Shown one piece after another: positions 15,813 through 25,559 of a stretch of 41,652 bases of DNA. Origin of the DNA: a virus (lineage: Duplodnaviria > Caudoviricetes). Every line of letters begins with the position of its first letter. The first letter of the stretch is position 1. The stretch covers positions 1-41,652 of the IMG/VR virus record IMGVR_UViG_3300017700_000447. One strand, 5' to 3'. The position numbers were made by a program, and so were the translations under genes. A model generated the notes under the pieces. It saw nothing but the letters and a program-made list of their open reading frames with translations, was not told the DNA's origin and did no database searches.

Positions 15813-17244
15813 GAAAGAGCAGTTACTCCAGCTGCTTGAGGAAAAAGAGCGCCGGGAGGTCACTTATCGCTACCGCACGCTGTTCCCGAGCCTGTACGAC
15901 TGGCAGAAGGAATTCATAGCGGGCACAAGTACTTACAGCCAGGCGTGCCTGATAGCCGCCAACCGGATAGGCAAGACATACACCGGCACCTACATTGATT
16001 CCATCCATGCCCTTGGCGAATATCCAGAGGGCTGGGAAGGCCACAAGTTCGACCATGCGCCGCTGATCTGGTGCCTTGGTTACTCTGGCGAGAAGACCCG
16101 CGACTTGCTCCAGGCTGCGATTGTTGGCCGCAAGATGGGCGACACGTTCGAGGGCGGGCTGATTCCGCCTGAGCGCATCGTCGGCTATGAATCCATGGCC
16201 GGCACGCCGAACGCCATCCGCACGGCCTTGATCAAGCATTCCTCGGGCGCTATCTCGCGCATCCAGTTCTGGAGCTACAGCCAAGGACAGCACGCCCTGA
16301 TGGGTGACGATGTGGACTGGTTCCATATTGACGAAGAGCCTGAAGACCATGAAATCTATCCACAGGTGCTTGTGCGCACTGCGACGGGCGACAAGGGGCA
16401 GGGTGGCCGCGGCATCCTGACATTCACCCCAGAGAATGGGCGTACTGAGCTGGTGATTCAGTTCATGGATTCGCCATCTCCCGCCCAGACCTGCATGCAA
16501 AAGGGCTGGGATGACGCGCCGCACCTGAGCCAAAAGGTCAAAGAGGAGTTGCTGGCCAGCTTCCCAGCCCATCAGCGCGAGATGCGCACCAAGGGCATTC
16601 CGATGCTGGGCCACGGTCGAATCTATGACATTGCAGAGGAGGCAATTACCTGCCAGCCCTTTCCAATCCCGCCTCACTGGTTCGTGCTGGATGGCATGGA
16701 CTTTGGCTGGGATCATCCGCAATCACAGGTGCAATTGGTCTGGGATAAGGACTCTGACTCCTTCTATGTCACTCGCGCCTGGAAAGAGCGGCACGTCCTT
16801 GCGATTCAAGCGTGGGGGGCTGTTAAGTCGTGGGCGGCAGCTGTGCCCACCGCGTGGCCGGCTGACGGGCTGCAGACGGAGAAGGGCAGCGCCAAGCAGC
16901 AGAAGGCCTATTACGAGGAGGCCGGCTTCAAGATGCTGGGTGTCCACGCCACCTGGCCGGACGGGTCGAACGGCGTAGAGGCTGGGCTCATGGAGATTCG
17001 CGGGCTGATGATGACCGGCAAGTTCAAGGTGTTTGCAGGGCTGCGCGATTGGTTCGACGAGTTCCTGCAATACCACCGCGACGAGAACGGCAAGATCTCC
17101 AAACTGAAAGACGACGTGCTTGATGCCACCCGCGTGGCCTACATGATGCGGCGCTATGCCGTACCTTATGGCGAAGTGGGCAAGCCTAAGCCCGCCGCTG
17201 GCGTTGTTGTCCCATCCGTCAATCACTTCAACAAGCGCCGATAA
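15790..17244 (+). CDS. terL: Terminase large subunit, P22-like (headful packaging)
   Basis: AANRIGKT Walker A, HIDEEP Walker B, LTFTP coupling motif, GMDFGWDHP nuclease motif, DDVLDATR. Confidence 0.96.
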   Translation: MNALSRAEKEQLLQLLEEKERREVTYRYRTLFPSLYDWQKEFIAGTSTYSQACLIAANRIGKTYTGTYIDSIHALGEYPEGWEGHKFDHAPLIWCLGYSGEKTRDLLQAAIVGRKMGDTFEGGLIPPERIVGYESMAGTPNAIRTALIKHSSGAISRIQFWSYSQGQHALMGDDVDWFHIDEEPEDHEIYPQVLVRTATGDKGQGGRGILTFTPENGRTELVIQFMDSPSPAQTCMQKGWDDAPHLSQKVKEELLASFPAHQREMRTKGIPMLGHGRIYDIAEEAITCQPFPIPPHWFVLDGMDFGWDHPQSQVQLVWDKDSDSFYVTRAWKERHVLAIQAWGAVKSWAAAVPTAWPADGLQTEKGSAKQQKAYYEEAGFKMLGVHATWPDGSNGVEAGLMEIRGLMMTGKFKVFAGLRDWFDEFLQYHRDENGKISKLKDDVLDATRVAYMMRRYAVPYGEVGKPKPAAGVVVPSVNHFNKRR

Positions 17245-17283
17245 ATATACAAAACGGCGTATATAGAGTCTGATTAATATACT
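17245..17283 (+). promoter_or_regulatory. Late intergenic motif, copy 1 (ATATACAAAAC...GTATATAG, TATACT)
   Basis: 11-bp exact match to 19357 and 25434. Confidence 0.6.
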
Positions 17284-17306
17284 CGCGGCAATATAAAGGC
17301 CGCGAC

Positions 17307-19355
17307 ATGTCCCAGACCAAATCAGACCGTCTCGCCGACGTTCATGCCGAGGCGCTGCTTGAATTCAACCGCGCTTACTCACCCCAGCAAGACGTGCGCT
17401 TGCAGTGCTTGCAGGACAGGCGTTTTGTCTCTATCCCTGGCGCTCAGTGGGAAGACGCGCTCAAGGCGCAGTTTGAGAACCGCCCACGCTTTGAGGTCAA
17501 CAAGATTCACATGTCATGCATGCGGATCTTCAACGAGTACCGCAACAACCGCATCAGTGTTGACTACCGCGCCAAGGACAACGGCGCTACCGAGGATGTA
17601 GCCGACACGATGGACGGCCTGTATCGCGCAGACGAACAGGAATGCAACGCTCAAGAGGCTTACGACAACGCATTTGATGAGGGCATTACCGGTGGGATGG
17701 GCGCCTGGCGCCTGCGTGCCGCCTATGAGGATGAGGAAGACGAGGACAGTGATCGTCAACGGATCTGCATGGAGCCGATCTATGACGCCGACTCCTCGGT
17801 GTTCTTTGATGCTGACGCCAAACGACAAGACAAGCGGGATGCGACGCGCTGCTGGGTGATTTCCAGCATGAGCCTTGCCGCCTTTACGGAAGAGCACGGC
17901 GGCGCAACAACATTCCCCAAAGACGGAGCGCTGGTCGAGTTCGACTGGTTCACGCCCGATGTCGCGTACATCGCCGAGTACTACAAGATCGAAGAAAAAA
18001 AGGTCAAGTACCAGGTCTGGAAGTTCTTGCCCACTGAGGAAGAGCAAAAGATTGAGGCCTCTGACGAAGAGGAAGCCGAAAAGCTCAAGGCGCAGGGCTT
18101 CATCCTTGTTCGCTCCAAGACCATCACCAGGAAGCGCGTTCACAAGTACATCATGTCCGGCGACCGCATCCTTGAGGACTGCGGCTACATCGCCGGCAAG
18201 TGCATCCCGATCATCCCGTTCTATGGCAAGCGTGCGTTTATCGACAACGTAGAGCGCATCCAGGGCCATGTGCGCCTGACTACTGACCTGATGCGGCTGT
18301 ACAACATGCTGATTAGCCTGTTGGCAGAAATCAGCGTCTACAGCCCAATTGAAAAGCCCATTTTCACGCCTGAGCAGATCCAGGGGCATGAAAACGCGTG
18401 GTCGCGTGACAGCATCGATAGGCCTGCTTACCAGCTGGTGAACCCAATTACCCAGGTAGACGGCTCAGTCGTACCCGCGGGGCCGATTGGCTACGTCAAA
18501 CCCCCGCAAATCCCTCAAGCGCTTGTCGCCCTGATGCAGCTATGCAACGTGGACATGCAAGAGCTGCTCGGTTCACAGGGTGGGGCAGAGGAGGTTGTCT
18601 CGAACATCAGCGCCAAGGCCGTTGAGCTGATCCAGACCCGCCTTGACATGCAGACCTTTATCTACATGGACAACTTCGCCAAGGCCATGAAGCGCTGCGG
18701 TGAAGTCTGGAAAGGTATGGCCCAAGAGCTGTACGACGAAGAGGGCCGCGAGATGAAGACGGTCGGTGTTGACGGCAGCGAAGACACCATTGAAATCATG
18801 AAGCCCGTCATGGAAGACGGCGTCACCTCCTACGAGAACGACCTGACGACCGGGCGCTTTGATGTGGTCACTGACGTGGGGCCGAGCTTTGTCACGCGTC
18901 GCGATGGCACTGTACGCGCCCTGTCCGGGGTTCTGCAGTTCACCCAAGACCCGCAAGAGCGCGCTGCAATTACCGGCGTCATCTTCCAGAACCTTGACGG
19001 TGAAGGGCTCACAGACCTGAAAGAGTGGAACCGCCGCCGCCTCATCAACATGGGCGTCATCAAGCCCACCGAAGAAGAGCAAAAGCAGCTGGACGAGGCC
19101 GCAAAGAACGCACAGCCTGACCCGCAATCCACGTTCCTGGCAGCAGAGGCCGAGAAGTCCACCGCACTGGCTCAGAAGGCTCTTGCCGATACGACTGTCG
19201 CCCTGGCCAACGCCGAAAAGATCCAGGCCGAGACGCAAGAGATTCTCAAGAAGATCGGCGCGCTCGATATCGACATGTTGCTCCAGCTTGTCAACGCGCA
19301 GAAGGGCGAACAGCCCGCCGCGGCGCCTGCGCCAGCAGCACCAGTCGCCCAATAA
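17307..19355 (+). CDS. Portal protein (P22 gp1-like)
   Basis: GAQWE...RPRFEVNK, GGMGAWRL, IPIIPFYG, DVVTDVGPSF..RR; 682 aa directly after terL. Confidence 0.95.
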   Translation: MSQTKSDRLADVHAEALLEFNRAYSPQQDVRLQCLQDRRFVSIPGAQWEDALKAQFENRPRFEVNKIHMSCMRIFNEYRNNRISVDYRAKDNGATEDVADTMDGLYRADEQECNAQEAYDNAFDEGITGGMGAWRLRAAYEDEEDEDSDRQRICMEPIYDADSSVFFDADAKRQDKRDATRCWVISSMSLAAFTEEHGGATTFPKDGALVEFDWFTPDVAYIAEYYKIEEKKVKYQVWKFLPTEEEQKIEASDEEEAEKLKAQGFILVRSKTITRKRVHKYIMSGDRILEDCGYIAGKCIPIIPFYGKRAFIDNVERIQGHVRLTTDLMRLYNMLISLLAEISVYSPIEKPIFTPEQIQGHENAWSRDSIDRPAYQLVNPITQVDGSVVPAGPIGYVKPPQIPQALVALMQLCNVDMQELLGSQGGAEEVVSNISAKAVELIQTRLDMQTFIYMDNFAKAMKRCGEVWKGMAQELYDEEGREMKTVGVDGSEDTIEIMKPVMEDGVTSYENDLTTGRFDVVTDVGPSFVTRRDGTVRALSGVLQFTQDPQERAAITGVIFQNLDGEGLTDLKEWNRRRLINMGVIKPTEEEQKQLDEAAKNAQPDPQSTFLAAEAEKSTALAQKALADTTVALANAEKIQAETQEILKKIGALDIDMLLQLVNAQKGEQPAAAPAPAAPVAQ

Positions 19356-19356
19356 T

Positions 19357-19407
19357 ATATACAAAACGATATATAGATTTGCTTAGTAATACGTGAATCA
19401 ATATATT
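19357..19407 (+). promoter_or_regulatory. Late intergenic motif, copy 2, plus promoter TTGCTT-N17-TATATT
   Basis: ATATACAAAAC at 19357; -35 at 19379, -10 at 19402. Confidence 0.6.
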
Positions 19408-19460
19408 GCACCCAAGGTTACCGGAAGCCTTTTTGAATTCCGAGTTGATTGGGTCTTTAC

Positions 19461-20297
19461 ATGGCAGGAACCACCGAAGAGGAAGAACTGGTAGTTGCAC
19501 CAGGCGACGAGGTAGAGCTGGAGACCGAGACGGTCCCCGAGACGCCAAACCCAGACGCTGACGGCGACGACGAAGAGCTGGTTGTTCAGATTGGTGAAGA
19601 GGAATCGCCACCTCAGGAGAGAGAAGAAGCACCGCAATGGGTGAAGGATCTTCGCAAGTCGCACCGTGAATTGCTCAAGGAAAACCGGGAGCTGAAGGCC
19701 AAAGGAGTTGCACCAGCAGCACCACAAAAGCCAACGCTTCCAGAACGCCCAAAGCTCGAACAGTTCGACTACGACGAAGACAAGTTCCAGGCTGCGATGG
19801 ATGGTTGGTACACGAAGAAGTCAGAGATTGACAACTTCGAGAACACCCAGAAAGCCGCGCAGCAGGAAGCGCAAAAGCAGGTAGAGGCGACGTACACAGC
19901 GTACCGCGAGTCAGCCAAGACCTTGAAGGTTAAAGACTTCAAGGAAGCCGAGGAGGAGGTTGTCACCAACCTTTCTACGACGCAACAAAACTTGATTCTC
20001 GCAGGCGCAGACAACTCATCTTTGCTGGTCTATGCGCTCGGAAAGAACCCTAAGCGATTGGCCGAACTCGCCGCAATTAAAGACCCCGTGAAATTCGCTT
20101 TCGCGGCAGCAAAACTGGAGAAGGACTTGAAAACTTCGAACCGCAGAAGCGAGAAGCCAGCACCTGAGGCGCCCCTGAAGAACTCGGGCGGGCCAGTAGT
20201 TGGCAGTAACAAAACGCTTGAGCGTTTGCGCGAAGAGGCGTCAAAGACCGGGGATATGTCCAAGGTTCTGGCCTTCAAGCGAGCGCAAAAGAAGTAA
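19461..20297 (+). CDS. Scaffolding protein (P22 gp8-like)
   Basis: Acidic N-terminus, coiled coil, LVYALGKNP, basic C-terminal coat-binding helix; between portal and coat. Confidence 0.92.
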   Translation: MAGTTEEEELVVAPGDEVELETETVPETPNPDADGDDEELVVQIGEEESPPQEREEAPQWVKDLRKSHRELLKENRELKAKGVAPAAPQKPTLPERPKLEQFDYDEDKFQAAMDGWYTKKSEIDNFENTQKAAQQEAQKQVEATYTAYRESAKTLKVKDFKEAEEEVVTNLSTTQQNLILAGADNSSLLVYALGKNPKRLAELAAIKDPVKFAFAAAKLEKDLKTSNRRSEKPAPEAPLKNSGGPVVGSNKTLERLREEASKTGDMSKVLAFKRAQKK

Positions 20298-20324
20298 TCA
20301 ACTCGCATTTAAAGAGGTAAGAAC

Positions 20325-21599
20325 ATGGCTAATGAATTTAGCAAAGAGGAAGTTGTCGCATTCGAGAACGTTCTTGAAGGCTTCGACGACGCGCTGATCT
20401 TGTCGCGCAACGTCTCCAAATACCAGACCGATCAGGTCATGATGGAGCGCACCAATGATGTAATCTGGCGTCCCCAGCCTTACATCGCGCAATCGCACGA
20501 CGGCACCGACGCAACCGCCAACTTTGACGAGGCAACGCAGCTTGCCGTTCCGTCAACCATCGGCTACGCCAAGCACTCCACCGCCATCCTGACGGCGCTT
20601 GAGCTGCGCGACATGCTGCAAGAGGGCCGGCTGGGCCAGGCTGCAAAGCAGAAGCTGGCTTCTGATATCAACGTCTCGTTGATGAACGTCGCAGCTCTGC
20701 AGGGCACGCTGGTTGTCAAGCGCACAGTTGCCGCATCCGGCTTTGATGACGTCGCCCAGTGCGAAGCCATCTTCAACGAGCAAGGCGTTGCGCAAGGTGA
20801 TCGCTATCTGGCGCTGTCCACTCGCGACTACAACGGCATGGCAAGCAACCTGCAGGCCGCTACCCGTTCGTTCGGCAATGCCAAGTCTGACAAGGCCTAT
20901 GAAAAGGCGTTTGTTGGACAAGTTGCCAGCTTCGACACCTACAAGCTGGACTATGCCGTTCGCCAGGCGGCAGCTGCTGGTGGTGCGGGTCTGACGATCA
21001 GCACGCTTGACGGCGCCGCGAACTATTACGTTCCAGTGGCAACCAGCACCGCGGCAACCGGTGAGACGAACAACGTCGATAACCGCTACCAGACCATTAC
21101 CGTCTCGTCTACGACCAACGTAGCAGCCGGCGATGCGTTCACGGTAGCTGCATTGAACGCGGTGCACCACATCACCAAGGGCGACACTGGACAATTGAAG
21201 ACCTTCCGGGTCATCTCCGTGCCAAGCGCTACCACTCTGGTGATTTCGCCTCCAATGATCACCAACCAGGTGGCATCCGAGGCCGGCACGACTTACCAGA
21301 ACTGCGTGATCAACACGAAGTCGGCAACGTCTGCGATTGTGTTCCTGAACACCGTCGCCACGACTGTCAATCCGTTCTGGCACAAGGATGCCCTGGAAAT
21401 CCTGCCAGGCCGCTACGCAGTGCCCGCAAATGCCGGCGTCGCAACGATGCAGGGCACCAGCGAGAACGGCATTCAGCTGCTGATGACCAAGTTTGTGGAC
21501 ATCAACACCCTGAAGACGAAATACCGCTGGGATACCCGTTGGGGCGTCGTGAACAAGCAGCCGGAAATGACCGGGATCGTGCTGTTCAACCAGACCTAA
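20325..21599 (+). CDS. Major capsid protein (P22 gp5-like)
   Basis: MANEFSKEE..., IWRPQPY, AKQKLASDIN, PEMTGIVLFNQ; 424 aa. Confidence 0.95.
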   Translation: MANEFSKEEVVAFENVLEGFDDALILSRNVSKYQTDQVMMERTNDVIWRPQPYIAQSHDGTDATANFDEATQLAVPSTIGYAKHSTAILTALELRDMLQEGRLGQAAKQKLASDINVSLMNVAALQGTLVVKRTVAASGFDDVAQCEAIFNEQGVAQGDRYLALSTRDYNGMASNLQAATRSFGNAKSDKAYEKAFVGQVASFDTYKLDYAVRQAAAAGGAGLTISTLDGAANYYVPVATSTAATGETNNVDNRYQTITVSSTTNVAAGDAFTVAALNAVHHITKGDTGQLKTFRVISVPSATTLVISPPMITNQVASEAGTTYQNCVINTKSATSAIVFLNTVATTVNPFWHKDALEILPGRYAVPANAGVATMQGTSENGIQLLMTKFVDINTLKTKYRWDTRWGVVNKQPEMTGIVLFNQT

Positions 21600-21601
21600 A
21601 T

Positions 21602-21626
21602 GCAGGGGCTTCGGCCCTTGCTTTTT
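21602..21626 (+). terminator. Rho-independent terminator after the coat gene
   Basis: GCAGGGGC-TTCG-GCCCTTGC-TTTTT. Confidence 0.85.
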
Positions 21627-21646
21627 AACTCAATCAAGGAAAAATC

Positions 21647-22243
21647 ATGTCCCTCGTTGTTTACCCCCAAGGTACGGCTCAGATCACTCTGTCCGCTACC
21701 CAGAGCGTTGCGGTCCTGACTCAGGATGTCGCGACTGTTTCCCGCATCGTCGGTTATCCCAATCAGCCGAACAGCGTTGTTTCTCTCGGCACTGTGTCGA
21801 ATACCCAAACCGTGTTCGGCCCTTACACGGGCGGCGCAACCATCACCATTGATGCGGGTGCGGCTTCGGTGTTTTACGACATCGGCGTCAACCCCTGCAC
21901 AGATGAGCGCCTGCTGACCTTTGTCCAGGCATCACCTGTCGCCCTCAATGCAACCGGCGCCGTTACTGCGGCTGCAATGCTGGGTGGTTTGGTCACTTCG
22001 ACCACCGCGGCAGCTGTTGCCGGCACTGTGCCAACCGGCACGGTCATGGACGCCGCTTCGACCTTTGCCATCAACGATTCGTTCGATTGGTCGGTGATCG
22101 CCACGGGCGCCAATGCGTTCACGGTGACGGCTGATACGGGTCACACGTTGGTCGGAACCATGGCGGTGGCAACTGCTACGTCTGGCCGCTTCCGCACGCG
22201 CAAGACTGCGGCCGCAACCTTCGTCACGTACCGCATCTCGTAA
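21647..22243 (+). CDS. Putative capsid decoration or accessory virion protein
   Basis: Rich in Thr/Ala/Gly/Val beta strands; AAGGA RBS; directly after the coat gene. Confidence 0.7.
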   Translation: MSLVVYPQGTAQITLSATQSVAVLTQDVATVSRIVGYPNQPNSVVSLGTVSNTQTVFGPYTGGATITIDAGAASVFYDIGVNPCTDERLLTFVQASPVALNATGAVTAAAMLGGLVTSTTAAAVAGTVPTGTVMDAASTFAINDSFDWSVIATGANAFTVTADTGHTLVGTMAVATATSGRFRTRKTAAATFVTYRIS

Positions 22244-22247
22244 GCCA

Positions 22248-22275
22248 GGGGCGCGGCTTCGGTCGCGCCTCGTTT
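22248..22275 (+). terminator. GC-rich UUCG hairpin, probably a weak terminator
   Basis: GGGGCGCGGC-TTCG-GTCGCGCCTC followed by GTTT. Confidence 0.65.
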
Positions 22276-22287
22276 CAAAGGGTCATC

Positions 22288-22602
22288 ATGGATCTGCCAA
22301 CCGTTCTCTATCGCTGCCCCGGCCCTCACTCGCGTGCGGGCGGTACTTATGACTTCCTTGGCGTTGAAGCCGAGGAAAACTACGAGGCAGCTATTGCCAA
22401 CGGCTGGCAGCTCACCATGCCTGACGCGATTGAAGCCTACGAGGGCAAAGTTGCGAAGGTGAAGGCCGAAGTTGCGGCTGAATTCGAGCCAGTCGCCAAG
22501 TCTGAGCCTGAATCCCCGGTAGAGCCTGAAGCGCCCACAGAAGAGCCAGCCGCAAAGCCAGCCAAGGCAAAGCCAGGCCCGAAGCCCAAGCGTAGAGGCT
22601 GA
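22288..22602 (+). CDS. Hypothetical protein (post-coat ORF of P22-like phages)
   Basis: PTVLYRCPG...NGW motif; Pro/Glu/Lys-rich tail. Confidence 0.75.
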   Translation: MDLPTVLYRCPGPHSRAGGTYDFLGVEAEENYEAAIANGWQLTMPDAIEAYEGKVAKVKAEVAAEFEPVAKSEPESPVEPEAPTEEPAAKPAKAKPGPKPKRRG

Positions 22603-22604
22603 GC

Positions 22605-23060
22605 ATGACATCGAAGCTGGCCATCGTTCAGAAGGCCCTCGGCAAGATTGGGCTCGGCACGTATGTGTTCGACCCATCGCCGGAGCAGCTTCAGGCCGCT
22701 ATCGAGCAAATGGACTTGATCGCAGCGGAGCTGGACGGTATCGGCATCCGCAAGGGCTACAACTTCGGGACAGAGCTTTCTGCCGAGTCTGGCTTGCCAG
22801 ACACTGCGGTTAATCCCTTTGCAATCCTGCTGGCGGTGGAGCTTGCCCCGGACTACGGCAAGCAGATTTCCCCTCAGCTGCAAGCCTCCGTCCTGCGCGC
22901 CCGCAATGCCCTCATGGTGACGAACAACATCATCCCCCGGATGGTTCTGCCCACAACCATGCCAATTGGCGTAGGCAACCGCCTGGACGTGCGCCAGCTC
23001 GCCTATTTTCAAGAGCCTGACACGCTGTCAACTGGCGTCGATGGTGAGTTTCAGCTTTAA
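22605..23060 (+). CDS. Head-to-tail adaptor (P22 gp4-like)
   Basis: IVQKALGKIG, LAVELAPDYG, MPIGVGN. Confidence 0.9.
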   Translation: MTSKLAIVQKALGKIGLGTYVFDPSPEQLQAAIEQMDLIAAELDGIGIRKGYNFGTELSAESGLPDTAVNPFAILLAVELAPDYGKQISPQLQASVLRARNALMVTNNIIPRMVLPTTMPIGVGNRLDVRQLAYFQEPDTLSTGVDGEFQL

Positions 23061-23069
23061 GGCTCAGCC

Positions 23070-23381
23070 ATGACCACATTCAACGAACTCAGCACACAGG
23101 ACACGGTTGTCAGCTCTGACCAGGTGCCGATCTACAGCACGGTGAACGGTCAGCCGCGCAAGGTGTCGATGAATGCCATCTTGACGTTCATCGAAGACAA
23201 CATCGATAACACGCTGGCGCCGATCCCGCTCAAGTCCTATCTGCTCGCCGACCTTCCATCCGCTGTAGCCAATCCTTACGCAATGGTTTATTGCCTGAAT
23301 GGCAATGCCGGTGCGGCGTGCGTGGCCGTCTCTGACGGGACTAACTGGAAAGTCGTCGCTCTCGGCGCAACCGTTTCTTAA
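23070..23381 (+). CDS. Putative small virion protein
   Basis: Within the tail operon; LPSA...VYC.NG...AVSDGTNWK fibre-like motif. Confidence 0.7.
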   Translation: MTTFNELSTQDTVVSSDQVPIYSTVNGQPRKVSMNAILTFIEDNIDNTLAPIPLKSYLLADLPSAVANPYAMVYCLNGNAGAACVAVSDGTNWKVVALGATVS

Positions 23382-23390
23382 GGACTCATC

Positions 23391-23705
23391 ATGTCAATCC
23401 TCGCCCCATTCCAGCCAAAGCCTGGCAGCACCGTTACAGGCACTGCCGGCGCATCGCAAAACGTCGCCGTTGATGGCGCGAGCAAGCAGATCCTCGTTGC
23501 GAACTTCGGTGCAGCGGTGATGTTCGTGCGCATCAAAAACTCTGCGGATACCACCGCGGCAACTGCGGCTGATTGCCCGGTTCTCCCGAACACCTACCTT
23601 GTCCTGTCAAAGATGGGCAACGCAGGGCAAGACGCACAGAACACCGTCGCCATCTTCGGAACCGCGGGAACGTTCTACATTACGAGCGGCGAGGGTTGGA
23701 GTTGA
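23391..23705 (+). CDS. Putative small virion protein
   Basis: AAGGA RBS; beta-rich; ends YITSGEG. Confidence 0.7.
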   Translation: MSILAPFQPKPGSTVTGTAGASQNVAVDGASKQILVANFGAAVMFVRIKNSADTTAATAADCPVLPNTYLVLSKMGNAGQDAQNTVAIFGTAGTFYITSGEGWS

Positions 23706-23708
23706 TCA

Positions 23709-25112
23709 ATGACCCAGATTTCCATTCTGGGCGGAATCTACTCGGATGCGGTGGCGAATGTGCGCACCAGCTACCCGCGCAACATGTTCCCAGTGCCGAA
23801 GGAAAACGGCGTCAGCACGGGCTATCTAAAGCAGGCTGAAGGCATCACCTCCTTTTCCACCGGCCCGGGGATTGACCGCGGCGCCATTGTGTGGAACGGC
23901 ACGCCCTATCGCGTGATGGGCACAAAGCTGGTATCCATCAGTCCGACCGGCGTTATTACCGTGTTGGGCGATGTTGGGGCGGGGCCGGCTGTGTCGCTGG
24001 ACTACTCCTTTGACAACCTCATCATCGGTTCTGGTGGGCGGCTCTATTACTGGGATGGGGCGACTCTCACGCAGGTAACAGACCCTGACCTTGGCATTTC
24101 CATTGATTCCCTGTTCCTCAATGGCTACACGGTCAGCACGGACGGCGAATCCATCGTTGTCACTGACCTGGCAAACCCCCTTTCTGTTGACCCGCTGAAG
24201 TACGGCTCATCAGAGGTAGACCCCGATGCCATCGTGGGCCTGCGCAAGTTCCGCAATGAGCTGTATGCATTGAACCGCTTCACGATTGAGGTGTTCGACA
24301 ACATTGGAGGTGCCGGATTCCCCTTCGCCCCCATCTCTGGTGCCCAAATCACCAAAGGCTGTGTCGGCACGCGTGCGGCTGTGTTCTGCGCCGAATCCCT
24401 GGCTTTCATGGGTGGCGGCATCAATGAGGCCATTGCGATCTACATGGGCGCTGGTGGGCAGAACCGGAAGATCAGCACAGACGAGATTGAGAAGCGCATC
24501 AGCACGTACACAGAGGATCAATTGGCCCTGTGTCTGCTGGAAACCCGCAAATTCGACAACCACGAGTTCCTGTATGTCCACCTACCGCAGGAAACGTGGG
24601 TCTTTGACATCATCGCGTCTGCAGCTTTCCAGCAACCCATTTGGTTCAGTCTTCACTCCGACGCCGGGGTTGAGGAGAATTACCGCGCCAAGAACTTCAT
24701 CTTTTGCTTCAACAAGTGGTTTTGCGGCGACAAGACGACCTATGACATAGGGCAGATGACCAACACCGTCACCACGCAATATGACGATATTGTCGGGTGG
24801 CAGTTCGATACCTCCTACCTCTACAACGCCTCCAAAGGCGCCATCATTCATGAGCTGGAGCTTGTGGCCGCGCCTGGTCGTTCACCTGTCGGGCGTGATC
24901 CGCGCATCTTCTTCAGCTACACCGATGATGGTTTGAAGTGGTCTGATGAGCGCATGGCCGGCGCAGGGCAGAGGGGCGAGTACCGCAAGAGGATCAACTG
25001 GTTCCAGTGCAGCGCAATGGACAACTACCGCGGCCTACGCTTTCGTGGGGCCAACGACACGCCAGAGGCTTTCATGCGCCTTGAGGCTCAGCTAGAGGCC
25101 TTGTATGCGTAG
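23709..25112 (+). CDS. Tail hub / packaged DNA stabilization protein (P22 gp10-like)
   Basis: 467 aa; GYLKQAEGI, GIDRG, YRVMGTKL, YGSSEVDPD, SYTDDGLKWS. Confidence 0.92.
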   Translation: MTQISILGGIYSDAVANVRTSYPRNMFPVPKENGVSTGYLKQAEGITSFSTGPGIDRGAIVWNGTPYRVMGTKLVSISPTGVITVLGDVGAGPAVSLDYSFDNLIIGSGGRLYYWDGATLTQVTDPDLGISIDSLFLNGYTVSTDGESIVVTDLANPLSVDPLKYGSSEVDPDAIVGLRKFRNELYALNRFTIEVFDNIGGAGFPFAPISGAQITKGCVGTRAAVFCAESLAFMGGGINEAIAIYMGAGGQNRKISTDEIEKRISTYTEDQLALCLLETRKFDNHEFLYVHLPQETWVFDIIASAAFQQPIWFSLHSDAGVEENYRAKNFIFCFNKWFCGDKTTYDIGQMTNTVTTQYDDIVGWQFDTSYLYNASKGAIIHELELVAAPGRSPVGRDPRIFFSYTDDGLKWSDERMAGAGQRGEYRKRINWFQCSAMDNYRGLRFRGANDTPEAFMRLEAQLEALYA

Positions 25113-25428
25113 AACCCGCCGCCTGTCACGGGACCAAATCGCCACGATCACCACCGACCCGCAGGCCATCAAGTTCATTGAGTCGCTGCAGACCGGCCCG
25201 CTTGAAGACGCCGACGTTGTGACGGTTGGCGTCTCCCCGTACACCTACCTGGCAGAGCGGGACGGAACGCTGGTAGTGCAGGGCGGCACCGTTTCACAGA
25301 TTGCCTACGTCCGCAACACAGGATCAATCAACCTGGGAATTACTGCCGGCCCGATCCCGCTACTCATGGCCGACGCCATCACCATCACCTACACCGTTCT
25401 GCCAACGGTCAGCTTCTTGCCGTCCTAG
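25105..25428 (+). CDS. Putative tail needle or plug protein (gp26 position)
   Basis: Overlaps the gp10 end; beta-rich C-terminal domain. Confidence 0.6.
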   Translation: MRRTRRLSRDQIATITTDPQAIKFIESLQTGPLEDADVVTVGVSPYTYLAERDGTLVVQGGTVSQIAYVRNTGSINLGITAGPIPLLMADAITITYTVLPTVSFLPS

Positions 25429-25433
25429 CTCAT

Positions 25434-25486
25434 ATATACAAAACAGGTGCTTTTTGCTTCTGCTTATATGACGAGACATATAAAAT
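25434..25486 (+). promoter_or_regulatory. Late intergenic motif, copy 3 (ATATACAAAAC...TAAAAT)
   Basis: Third exact copy, just after a stop codon. Confidence 0.55.
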
Positions 25487-25559
25487 GACACCCAGCAGAT
25501 ACACGCCGAGCGCGAAGGCAAATCCCTGTAGTCCCACGGGCTACGCAAGGAGTGAAGTC

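Noticed and set aside
15823-21383. Long minus-strand ORFs opposite terL, portal and coat (e.g. 15823-16722, 17514-18389, 20553-21383)
   Set aside because: Shadow frames of GC-rich genes, with no recognisable motifs
25429-25446. LexA box (…ATATATACAAAACAG)
   Set aside because: The left CTGT half-site is absent; the sequence fits the late ATATACAAAAC motif better
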